From contig CALEDH010000008.1 of the NCBI GenBank assembly GCA_937949785.1, positions 170,028 to 234,027 on the forward strand: a stretch of 64,000 nucleotides of DNA, read 5' to 3'. Of the stretch, positions 37,902 through 46,610 are shown piece by piece. The position numbers and the translations under genes are program-made. This DNA is from an uncultured Sulfolobales archaeon (lineage in GTDB: Archaea > Thermoproteota > Thermoprotei_A > Sulfolobales > NBVN01). The notes beneath the pieces are model-generated. The model was not told the DNA's origin, ran no database searches, and was given only the letters and a program-made list of their open reading frames with translations. Every line of letters starts with the position of its first letter. Position 1 is the stretch's first letter.

Positions 37902-39506
37902 ATGAGTTTCTCTGGGGTGTTAACGATTATCGGGAACGTACTTAAGGTTGATGTGGTTGTAGTTGGCTCCGGATTAGCTGGCCTATCAACTACTTACTTC
38001 TTAGGTAAGTATTTAAGCGGTAGGCAACGTCTAAGGGCTGCTATCATATCTAAGTCATCTCTAGGTTATGGAACCTCAACGTATTATTCTGCAGGAGCCT
38101 TCAGATGTCCTGTAGGCGGTTATTCTGAGGAGGACTACGTTAGGGAGGTCTTAGATGGGGGGAGGTATATTAATAACGAGTTATTAGTTAGGCTATTAGC
38201 TGAGAGGTCTGTTGAGGCGGTAACCTCCTTAGAGGCTTTAGGGGTTAGGTTTAACATCTCTAGAGGTATGTTAAGAGTTGTTAGTAATGATAGGTTATTC
38301 CCAGGTAAGGAGTTAGTATTAGCGCTTAGGAATTACGTACTTAGTAGGGATTGGATTAAAATACTAGATAATACTCACGTGTTAGATGTTATCTTAGGTA
38401 GTGACGGTAGTTTCTATACGTTATGCTTAAGCAGTAGTAATTACACATTAATTAACAGTAAGGTAGTAGTCCTAGGTACTGGAGGGGCTTCAAACATATT
38501 CATAAGGAGTGATAACCCGCAACAACTTACATGTGATGGTCATAGAATATCGTTGAGGATAGGGCTTCCTTTAATTGATATGGAGTTCGTTCAGTTCTTC
38601 CCATTAGGGATTGCTGAGGAAGGTAAGCCAAGCTTTATGATACCATTTACTAATGGGAAGTTAGTTAATAGGCTAGGTGAGGACTTAATATCTAAGTACC
38701 AGCTTGAAAGTCTAGGTAAAGCAATAATCTACTATAGAGATAGACTATCTAGAAGTATGATGTTAGAAGTTAGAGTAGGTAATGATGTTAAGGGAGCATT
38801 AGCACTATACCCAGAGACAGTAGAAGGTGAGTTAACATCATTTGCATACGAATTAATGAAGAAACTTAGACTAGGAAAACCGGTTAAAGTACTCCCAACA
38901 GCTCATTTCTCGATGGGTGGTGTGGAGGTAAGTGCTGACCTAAACACGTTGATTGATGGATTATACGTAGTTGGTGAGTTAGTAGGTGGTATTCACGGAG
39001 CTAATAGGTTAGGCGGTAATGCGTTAACAGGCTGTGTAGTCACATCTATGAAGGTAGCTGAGAACGTCGTAAAGTACTTAGGGGAGAAATTTAACGACCG
39101 CCTCACAGATGGTGTTGATGTTAGAGAGGTTAAGCATATAGTTGAGAGGTACTCTTTAAGGGAGGGGGTATACGTAGCTGAGAGGCTTAAGGATGATATA
39201 AGGAAATTGATGTGGGCTAATGTAGGGGTATTAAGGAGTGATGAGTCTATTAGGAAATGTATTGATTGGTTAAATGATGTGTATGAGAACTTAAGTAGGG
39301 TGAGGATAGGTAATTACTCCGACATAGTAAGGTATTCAGAGCTAGAAAACATACTGCTAACCTCACTAGCAGTATCTCATTCCGCACTCTTAAGAACTGA
39401 GAGTAGGGGGAGTCATTTCAGAACAGACTACCCAGAGGAGGATGTTAAGTGGAGGAAGAATATAAGAATTACATATCATGATGGGAAACTCAGATACAGT
39501 ATTTAG
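37902..39506 (+). CDS. FAD-dependent oxidoreductase of the L-aspartate oxidase / succinate dehydrogenase flavoprotein family
   Basis: Motifs 'VVVVGSGLAGLS', 'HFSMGGV', 'GANRLGGNAL' and 'ESRGSHFRTDYPE'. The His of the covalent-FAD motif is not apparent, so it is more NadB-like than SdhA-like. Confidence 0.75.
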   Translation: MSFSGVLTIIGNVLKVDVVVVGSGLAGLSTTYFLGKYLSGRQRLRAAIISKSSLGYGTSTYYSAGAFRCPVGGYSEEDYVREVLDGGRYINNELLVRLLAERSVEAVTSLEALGVRFNISRGMLRVVSNDRLFPGKELVLALRNYVLSRDWIKILDNTHVLDVILGSDGSFYTLCLSSSNYTLINSKVVVLGTGGASNIFIRSDNPQQLTCDGHRISLRIGLPLIDMEFVQFFPLGIAEEGKPSFMIPFTNGKLVNRLGEDLISKYQLESLGKAIIYYRDRLSRSMMLEVRVGNDVKGALALYPETVEGELTSFAYELMKKLRLGKPVKVLPTAHFSMGGVEVSADLNTLIDGLYVVGELVGGIHGANRLGGNALTGCVVTSMKVAENVVKYLGEKFNDRLTDGVDVREVKHIVERYSLREGVYVAERLKDDIRKLMWANVGVLRSDESIRKCIDWLNDVYENLSRVRIGNYSDIVRYSELENILLTSLAVSHSALLRTESRGSHFRTDYPEEDVKWRKNIRITYHDGKLRYSI

Positions 39507-39595
39507 GGTCATATTAATTTAGGTTAAAAATAGAGTGGAGTTTAAATTAAATTAATTAGGTAGGGTTAGAAGATTTAATGTAGATTATTATTTAA

Positions 39596-41065
39596 TTAAA
39601 CTTTACTAACCGCTACGTCGGCAAGAATTAAACCACTACCTATAGCATCCTCCCCCCAAATATGATAACTCCAGCCATTAATTATCGGTTCATACACTAA
39701 TGCCGTACCTGAGCTTACTTTAAATGTAGAGTTCTTAATTATCTTCTCAGCAGTAGTCTGATTTAGGTATAAACTTCCATCAATCATATCTGCTTGAAGC
39801 ATTAATGCTAGTACCCCGCTAACATGTGGTGCTGCTAAAGACGTACCGCTTAAGTAGTAGTACTGGCCTGGGACGTTACCACTTGTCCGGAATGCCTTAA
39901 GTGGTGGGTGGGCTGTCCCATAAGGTGTGTACGGTGTGACTACGTATGCCCCGGGTGCTAATACATCTAATTCCTGGTCTTCAAGAGCTCTACTACTAAA
40001 GTTAGGTATGTAGATCTGATTTACGAGTTCTTCAGGGACATCTAAGAGTCTCCACCAACCAGGTACTTCAAACTGCTTTACCCAACCTACTGCACCGACT
40101 GAGATGACATCCCTATACGCTGCTGGGTAGACCATCCCATTACTTCCCTCATTACCTGCTGCAGCAACTATGAAGACACCTATATTAATGGCATACATTA
40201 TAACCTCATAGAGGAGACCTGAATGAGGTCCACCAACACTTAAACTTATTATTACTGGGTTTACCTCCCCTACTGGTGGTAGGACATCCCCACCTGAACT
40301 TACTTCACTTTCATATAGTTTAACTATGTAGTAGATCCCGGCTATGAGGTCTGAGGTAAATCCCCATCCCTGATTACCTATTACCTTAACTGGGATTATC
40401 TTAACGCCTGGGGCTACACCATCAATACTATGCAAGCCGTAGACTTTATAGCCAAGTATTATCGATATGACTGCCATACCATGCCCGTCACTATCTGCTT
40501 CCCAAGCATTTCTGTTTAGAACCTTACCTGTTACTGGGTATGAGGTAGCCATGGCTCCTAGGAAAGCTGCGGCGCCTTCCACATATATGCTTTCCTCAGC
40601 GAAGTAATCCTTCCAATGCGGTTCGAGGCCCGTATCTAAGACCGCTACATATACTCCTGAACCGCTATATCCTTCCTCATGAACTGTTGGGACGTTGATC
40701 ATATCTAAATTCCATGTAAAGTTACTGCTGTGTTTTAGGCAGGTGCTTGGTAGTACCTCACTTAATGGTCTTACTATGCCGGCTTCATTAATAGATTTAA
40801 TATCATTTAAGGATTTAACGAGTCTGCTAACCGACTCCTTACCTATATGTATGACTAATCCTTTAATATCGTCAAATCTGTAGATGATCCTACCCCCTAA
40901 CTTAGAAATGATGTTTATGTCTTCATCTACTATGTTGCGGTTTAGAACTACTTCTAATACCGTGTATTCTCTACGAGCACTTACTACGTAGGTTAGAGGT
41001 GATAATGCTGTTGTTATAATCATCAGAATGAGGGTTACTTTAATTAGAGCTATCCCTAACCTCAA
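39596..41065 (-). CDS. Secreted subtilisin-like serine protease (peptidase S8)
   Basis: A signal/anchor N-terminus and the catalytic triad contexts 'VAVLDTGL' (Asp), 'DGHGMAV' (His) and 'SGTSLAAPHVSG' (Ser). Confidence 0.85.
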   Translation of the reverse strand: MRLGIALIKVTLILMIITTALSPLTYVVSARREYTVLEVVLNRNIVDEDINIISKLGGRIIYRFDDIKGLVIHIGKESVSRLVKSLNDIKSINEAGIVRPLSEVLPSTCLKHSSNFTWNLDMINVPTVHEEGYSGSGVYVAVLDTGLEPHWKDYFAEESIYVEGAAAFLGAMATSYPVTGKVLNRNAWEADSDGHGMAVISIILGYKVYGLHSIDGVAPGVKIIPVKVIGNQGWGFTSDLIAGIYYIVKLYESEVSSGGDVLPPVGEVNPVIISLSVGGPHSGLLYEVIMYAINIGVFIVAAAGNEGSNGMVYPAAYRDVISVGAVGWVKQFEVPGWWRLLDVPEELVNQIYIPNFSSRALEDQELDVLAPGAYVVTPYTPYGTAHPPLKAFRTSGNVPGQYYYLSGTSLAAPHVSGVLALMLQADMIDGSLYLNQTTAEKIIKNSTFKVSSGTALVYEPIINGWSYHIWGEDAIGSGLILADVAVSKV

Positions 41066-41140
41066 TTAATACACCGATCAACATACTGCGTACGACTTAA
41101 AATTTATTATGTTAGGGGATCTCCATATATAGGTATTGTA

Positions 41141-41431
41141 ATGAGTGTTAGGAGTTATTGTGCTGATAATGTAGTGTATATCGGTAGGAAGTTCTTTATG
41201 AGGTATGTCATCGCTATCTTATTTAAATTTAACCTTCTTAACTGTGGTGAGGTGGTTATCAGAGCTCGTGGGAATAACATATCTAAGGCTGTACTGGTTG
41301 TTGAGTCCTTAAGAGAGTTAATTAAGGATATCCACTACATATCAATTGTTCTGGGGTCTACTAACCTTGAGTCAGGTGGTTTTAGGAGGAGGTTATCAAC
41401 CGTTAAGATAGTTATTTCGAAGGTTAGCTGA
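41141..41431 (+). CDS. albA: Alba-family DNA/RNA-binding protein (divergent, Alba2-like)
   Basis: 'NVVYIGRKFFMRYVIAILFKFN...VVIRARGNNISKAVLVVESLRE...STVKIVISK' follows the Alba/Sso10b pattern. Confidence 0.75.
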   Translation: MSVRSYCADNVVYIGRKFFMRYVIAILFKFNLLNCGEVVIRARGNNISKAVLVVESLRELIKDIHYISIVLGSTNLESGGFRRRLSTVKIVISKVS

Positions 41432-44128
41432 ACTCATAAGCTCTCTTAGATTACTAGTTAACTTGGTGAGTAGTTCTTCCTCGCTGGGTAGGCCTAACGC
41501 TATGAGCCATGCATCAATCTGCTTCTCAACAGGTATTGCCATTATGTCGTTCTCCTCTAACACCTTAATCTCATCATGCGACCTAATGTAATTCCACTTA
41601 GGCATTAAGAACTTCCTTATCTTAACCTTCTTAGTCCTAATCGCAGCAAGTATCTTACCTGAGCCACGCCAGTCTAAACCACCTACAGGCCCTACATTAC
41701 CTTTAATATCACATTTACCAGTCATCACTATATCAGGACTTACTGGGATCTTAGTTAGTTCAGATATTGTTGCAATGCTTAACGCTAGACCTAAGCTCGG
41801 CCCGCTCACACCAGTTCCGGGAACCCCCTCCATAGGGCTTATGACTTGGTATCTAAAGTCAAAGTTCCTTATGTCGAAGCCTCCTTTCAGCATTACATAA
41901 TGCTTTATGTAGTCAACTACGTTTGCTGCACTCTCAACAACGCTTAAATCCTCAACAGATGTTCCAGGGCCTATTATAATCGATTTAGCGACCCCGGTAA
42001 TGTTTACCTTCCCAGCGCCGAAGGGGTTAACACCACACTCAACTATTAATGGGATCCCCCTCCTACCATGAACGTCTGTTCCTAAGCCGATGGCAACTCC
42101 TGAGCGGCACTCATCTGAGATTAGACTTTCCTGAACATCTATTAACTCCTTATCTATGTCTTGCTCAAGCGATTCAGCAGCTTTCTCGAAGTGGTATAGT
42201 CTTAACTTATAATCCTCAATACGTATTTTTAGAACCTCATTAATGTCTGATATTTTTAGAACCTCCTTAACCCTAGTTAACTCATCTTCGTAGAACCTAA
42301 CTAACTCATCATACCTCATAGTGTTTAACGCGTCTTTAATATCTTTTATAGCTGTTATTTCCTGAGCTCTCAACCTATTCGCATCTCTAATGACCTCAGC
42401 TATTACTCTAGGCGACACGGTTCTAAACCTCTTTAAAATGCTTAAAACCTTCTCAGGCGTCACTTCGGGGTGTAGGTGTTGGACGTACTGCCTGAGATGT
42501 ACCTTAATAATATCTAACCGTTCAGCATCGTTTCTAGGTAGCGGTATCTCAATCACATATGGTTCAAACCTATTAATGACTGCATCGTCAATAGCTTCAA
42601 TCCTATTAGTCGCAGCAATTATGAGGACCCCCTCCAGTGGTTGGAGGCCGTCTAACTCAGTAAGTATTTGAGCTGTTAACCTATCGCCTACTGGGTCCCC
42701 CCTCCTCTTAGTAGCTATTACATCGAATTCGTCGAAGAACACTATGCTGGGTGAGTGCTTCCTAGCCAGTGAGAAGAGGTCCTTAATATTCTTCTCAGGC
42801 TCCCCAACCCACTTAGCGTTAATTAATAGCTGAGATGCCGGTACGTAGAAGAAGGTAGCGTTTGCCTCCTTAGCAATTGCTTTAGTTAGATACGTCTTAC
42901 CGCATCCAGGTTCGCCGTAGAGTAAAACACCTTTAGGTGGGACCCAACCGAGTTTGCCGGAGAGCTCAGGTCTTAGACTAAGCATTACTAACTTAAATAA
43001 CTTATCCTTAATGTTGAATAAACCGCCTATATCTGAGTAGTTAACCGCCGGTTTAATCTGCAGTATAGTTCCTAAGACCTCCACGCTCTTCTCCTGCTCT
43101 ACATAACCTCTCAACTCCCTTGAAATAAGTTTGAAGTCATCTAAACCCACATTACTTTTAATTATGTCCTCAACCTTACCTATTCCGAAGAACCTACTTA
43201 ATAGCTTACCTCTAAGCGGTTCGACTTTCTTTAAGTAGACCTTAGTGCATGCATCTATTATGTCGAAGGGCGTTAGCTGTGTCTGCCTATAAGCACTTAC
43301 GGATTTCTCAAGCACCTTCATGACTTCCTCCGCCTTCAGATGGGTCCAACCAAACTTCTTCAGCTGTGAGTCTAATACAGCTAGTAACATCTCCCAAGAT
43401 ATGTTTTGGTCTAAGTCTATTACATATGCCCTTCTCCTAATATCCTCCCTAATAGTTTCGTACTTATTAGTAGCTGCGATTATTACTACCCTCCTATCGC
43501 TATCTACTATCTTGTTAATATGCTCTATGAATAGGTCCTGTACCTTAACATCCTCCCTCTCAGCACCGTACAGAGGCTTCTCAACCTTCATACCTATGGA
43601 GTGAAACTCATCTAAGAAGATTACCGTAGGGGTTTCTTCAGCCTTCCTGAAGATCGCTGTTAAGTTCTTCAACGACTGACCGTAGAGTGGGTGGAAGATC
43701 TCATCACACTGGATAATCATTGGCTGTACGTTCACGTTCTTCTTCAAGCCGTAGAGAACTGCTTCCCTCAAACAAACCTCAGCAAGGAAGGACTTACCAG
43801 TACCTGTATTACCTTTAAGTAGGAAGAACTTCGGCGGCCGCATAGCCTTAAGCAGGCTAATGATAGCATCATCCCTAATGACGTGGTAGGCTATTGCCGA
43901 CATAATCATTTCGAATTCCCTATCCCTACCAACTATATCTTCCTTCTTCTTAGGGAATTCCCTATCAACCTCCCGTAACTTCTTCTTAATCTTAGCTGGG
44001 GATAACCTAGCGTTTCTCCACTTCCTAAAATCCTTATTTACTAGGGATAACGGTAGGTAGAGGACCTTCCTAAGCATGGAGTTCCTCAGCCACCAGTAAC
44101 CCCTCTCCTCACTCTTCATCGATGACAT
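41396..44128 (-). CDS. Tandem AAA+ ATPase (two modules) fused to a C-terminal Lon (S16) protease domain
   Basis: D1 has Walker A 'GNTGTGKS' and Walker B 'VIFLDEFH'. D2 has the classical-clade 'GEPGCGKT', 'IVFFDEFD' and 'IIAATNRIEAIDDAVINRF'. The C-terminal Lon fold has the Ser context 'SGPSLGLALSIA', 'VMTGKCDIKGNVGPVGGL' and the Lys context 'GKILAA'. Confidence 0.8.
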   Translation of the reverse strand: MSSMKSEERGYWWLRNSMLRKVLYLPLSLVNKDFRKWRNARLSPAKIKKKLREVDREFPKKKEDIVGRDREFEMIMSAIAYHVIRDDAIISLLKAMRPPKFFLLKGNTGTGKSFLAEVCLREAVLYGLKKNVNVQPMIIQCDEIFHPLYGQSLKNLTAIFRKAEETPTVIFLDEFHSIGMKVEKPLYGAEREDVKVQDLFIEHINKIVDSDRRVVIIAATNKYETIREDIRRRAYVIDLDQNISWEMLLAVLDSQLKKFGWTHLKAEEVMKVLEKSVSAYRQTQLTPFDIIDACTKVYLKKVEPLRGKLLSRFFGIGKVEDIIKSNVGLDDFKLISRELRGYVEQEKSVEVLGTILQIKPAVNYSDIGGLFNIKDKLFKLVMLSLRPELSGKLGWVPPKGVLLYGEPGCGKTYLTKAIAKEANATFFYVPASQLLINAKWVGEPEKNIKDLFSLARKHSPSIVFFDEFDVIATKRRGDPVGDRLTAQILTELDGLQPLEGVLIIAATNRIEAIDDAVINRFEPYVIEIPLPRNDAERLDIIKVHLRQYVQHLHPEVTPEKVLSILKRFRTVSPRVIAEVIRDANRLRAQEITAIKDIKDALNTMRYDELVRFYEDELTRVKEVLKISDINEVLKIRIEDYKLRLYHFEKAAESLEQDIDKELIDVQESLISDECRSGVAIGLGTDVHGRRGIPLIVECGVNPFGAGKVNITGVAKSIIIGPGTSVEDLSVVESAANVVDYIKHYVMLKGGFDIRNFDFRYQVISPMEGVPGTGVSGPSLGLALSIATISELTKIPVSPDIVMTGKCDIKGNVGPVGGLDWRGSGKILAAIRTKKVKIRKFLMPKWNYIRSHDEIKVLEENDIMAIPVEKQIDAWLIALGLPSEEELLTKLTSNLRELMSSANLRNNYLNG

Positions 44129-44918
44129 CGTACCACCCCCTCCACTTACATAAGTAGTAGGTCACGGCGTTTATGACTAAGATTAGGAAAGGCGTTAATA
44201 ACCACGACACCTCAAAGTTGAAGGTATAGTACACTAAACTACTATACATTGCTAGGCCGAACGTAACTATGGCAGCCCCTAAGAAGGCTATTAAAGAACC
44301 GTATGTCAGATACCTAACTACTAACGCTATTGATTCCCCAATACCCCACCTATCCTTCTTAACCTGTGAATAATCCCTAACATCGAGTACTGCGGTAGCT
44401 GTAAACATAATCAACGAAGCTATTATTATAGCTATATTCCAAAGAGGTGCTTTTAAGTAGGGCGGAATCTGAATCCTTTGAGAGCCGTAAACCCCTGATA
44501 AGTTATTCACCAACCTAAACATGAGCTGTAGGCTCACATTACCAGGGCTTTTAAGTATATCTACTAAGACGTTGTTTGAGCTCACCCTAGATACGTTAAT
44601 TACGTACGGACTCACAGAGTAGAGAACTACGATGAAGGAGGTATCGGTTAGGTTAACTACATACTTAGTTAACTTCATATAGACCCTACCCCTATACTGC
44701 TCACTGCTTGAACCGCTAAACACATCAACTGAGAACGCGTCTGACAGACCTGATGTTAGGACATGTATGTAGTCATTCCCATAATACTCGATGAGAACTC
44801 CGTCGTTCAGCCCCGTAAGTACGACATCTAATTGAACTGTCATGACGTTAGCTAGATTAATCAATGTAAGTACGTATAATGTTAGACCCAAACACTTTAT
44901 TAGTACTGACGCTAACAT
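44109..44918 (-). CDS. Membrane protein (signal anchor, ~130-aa extracytoplasmic beta-rich domain, 4 C-terminal TM helices, acidic tail)
   Basis: The call rests on the hydrophobicity pattern. Its stop overlaps the start of the AAA-AAA-Lon gene by 20 nt on the same strand. Confidence 0.4.
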   Translation of the reverse strand: MLASVLIKCLGLTLYVLTLINLANVMTVQLDVVLTGLNDGVLIEYYGNDYIHVLTSGLSDAFSVDVFSGSSSEQYRGRVYMKLTKYVVNLTDTSFIVVLYSVSPYVINVSRVSSNNVLVDILKSPGNVSLQLMFRLVNNLSGVYGSQRIQIPPYLKAPLWNIAIIIASLIMFTATAVLDVRDYSQVKKDRWGIGESIALVVRYLTYGSLIAFLGAAIVTFGLAMYSSLVYYTFNFEVSWLLTPFLILVINAVTYYLCKWRGWYDVIDEE

Positions 44919-45155
44919 TGAAGTAGCTCTACCAATAATACTTAAGAATTAAAGATTAATTAAGCTATTACATCATTACAAAAAATTAAATAGTAGGAAG
45001 ACGGCTATAAGGATTAATTATCTGATAATGGTTAAGTTTTAGTAGGGTGCTCTACACTTGCCTTCAGGTAGGATGACTTCCGTCCTAACCTAGCATAACG
45101 GGGGTTACTGGTGGTTGAAGAACTCCATGCTTAGCGTTCAAGTTTTGTAAGCACT

Positions 45156-46610
45156 TCAAATAGGGATTACACCTATTAGGAGTTCTAGTAGTATGTGGGG
45201 TATTAACCAAGTAATTACTAACATCACAATTATAATTATTAGGCTGAAACGCATAGATAGTGGTAATTCAATAGATACGATGTCCTCCGGCTTTAAAGAT
45301 CCGAAGACCACGTTCTTAATGACCCTAATCCCATAGGCGATCGTGAACATCATTGATATCAGCGCAGCTATGGATAATACGTAGAACTCTGTAGGCATTT
45401 CCGGAGCTGTTTTAAGCACTGTAAGAATTATGAGTAACTTCGATATAAATCCAGCGAAGGGAGGTAATCCAGCTAGGCTGAGGAACCCGACGATGAAGCC
45501 CAACCCACATAACCTATATTTATGTAGGATCCCACTAACTAATCTGATGTTCCTTATATTTAGTGAATATATGAGTATTCCTGAAGATAGGAATAGTATT
45601 GCCTTAGCGTAGGCATGTGCTAGGTAGTGATATGAGAATGCCATAACATTAAATACTGGGTCCTGCATTGAAAGTGTTAAAGCTAAATAACCCATATGGC
45701 TTATACTTGAATAAGCTAAGATCCTCTTAATATCTACCTCTAATAAAGCTCCTAACCCTCCGTAAATTATTGATGCTAACCCTAAGACTAGAATTATTAC
45801 GGATAGCTCATAATAGTTAACTACGGGGCCGATAAACCTTAAAACTCCGTAACCGCCTATCCCTATAATCAGAGGGCTGAGCACCGCGCTGAACGGAGTT
45901 GGCGCTTCAGCATGTGCGGGCGGTAGCCAGAAATGCATTCCGAAGAGCCCCATCTTTATCCCAAACCCTATTAGGAGTATGTAGTATATCCAAGGAGGAA
46001 GTACTGCGGTATCTAAGACGTTGAATTGAAAAGTACCTGCGTAAACGTAGATAGATGAGAGGCCTACGATGATGAATAGAGAACCTATTAGAGACCATGC
46101 TAGGTAAGTAAATGACACGCTTACACGGTTTCCATAACCGTAGAAATATATCAACGCCCAAGAAGTTAGTACGACTAACTCGTAGAATACTATGAAGGTG
46201 ACGACGTTATAGGAAACCACCACACCTATAATACCTGAGGTATTTAACAGCATTAGACCGTAGAATAGGTTGAGCAAGGTTTTACCTAACTCCTCAACTC
46301 TATGCTTCATATACTCATACGAGTAAAGGTATATTGAAGGCAGTAAGGTCAGCACTGTTATTAAGACCAATACGTTAAGTCCGTCAATACCTAAGGAGAA
46401 GGAATACTCTAGGTGCCCACCAATAGCTACCTCAATATAGTTTTCAACGATAGGTAACCTCTTAAATAAGTAGGTTGAGATTAGGTAGGCTAACGTAGTG
46501 ACTGCTGAGGCAGTACTTGCTACGTACGCTAACCTATCGTTACGGATGTTAAATACAGCTACTGCAGTCACTACAGGTATCACTACTAGTTCTACTACAA
46601 TCGTAATCAC
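45156..46610 (-). CDS. NuoM/NuoN/MrpD-like antiporter-type membrane subunit
   Basis: PF00361-type motifs 'HFWLPPAHAEAPTPFSAVLSP', 'ILAYSSISHMGYL' and 'HAYAKAILFLSSG'. It has a 4-nt overlap with the upstream NuoL-like gene. Confidence 0.8.
   Translation of the reverse strand: MITIVVELVVIPVVTAVAVFNIRNDRLAYVASTASAVTTLAYLISTYLFKRLPIVENYIEVAIGGHLEYSFSLGIDGLNVLVLITVLTLLPSIYLYSYEYMKHRVEELGKTLLNLFYGLMLLNTSGIIGVVVSYNVVTFIVFYELVVLTSWALIYFYGYGNRVSVSFTYLAWSLIGSLFIIVGLSSIYVYAGTFQFNVLDTAVLPPWIYYILLIGFGIKMGLFGMHFWLPPAHAEAPTPFSAVLSPLIIGIGGYGVLRFIGPVVNYYELSVIILVLGLASIIYGGLGALLEVDIKRILAYSSISHMGYLALTLSMQDPVFNVMAFSYHYLAHAYAKAILFLSSGILIYSLNIRNIRLVSGILHKYRLCGLGFIVGFLSLAGLPPFAGFISKLLIILTVLKTAPEMPTEFYVLSIAALISMMFTIAYGIRVIKNVVFGSLKPEDIVSIELPLSMRFSLIIIIVMLVITWLIPHILLELLIGVIPI

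Noticed and set aside
45066-45091. An imperfect hairpin, 'aggtagga-tgacttccg-tcctaacct', in the 237-bp region between the NuoM-like gene end and the start of the membrane-protein/AAA-Lon operon.
   Set aside because: It is a single short bulged stem with no flanking conserved motifs. It is plausibly the terminator of the NuoL/M-like unit, and the evidence is insufficient for an RNA gene or riboswitch.
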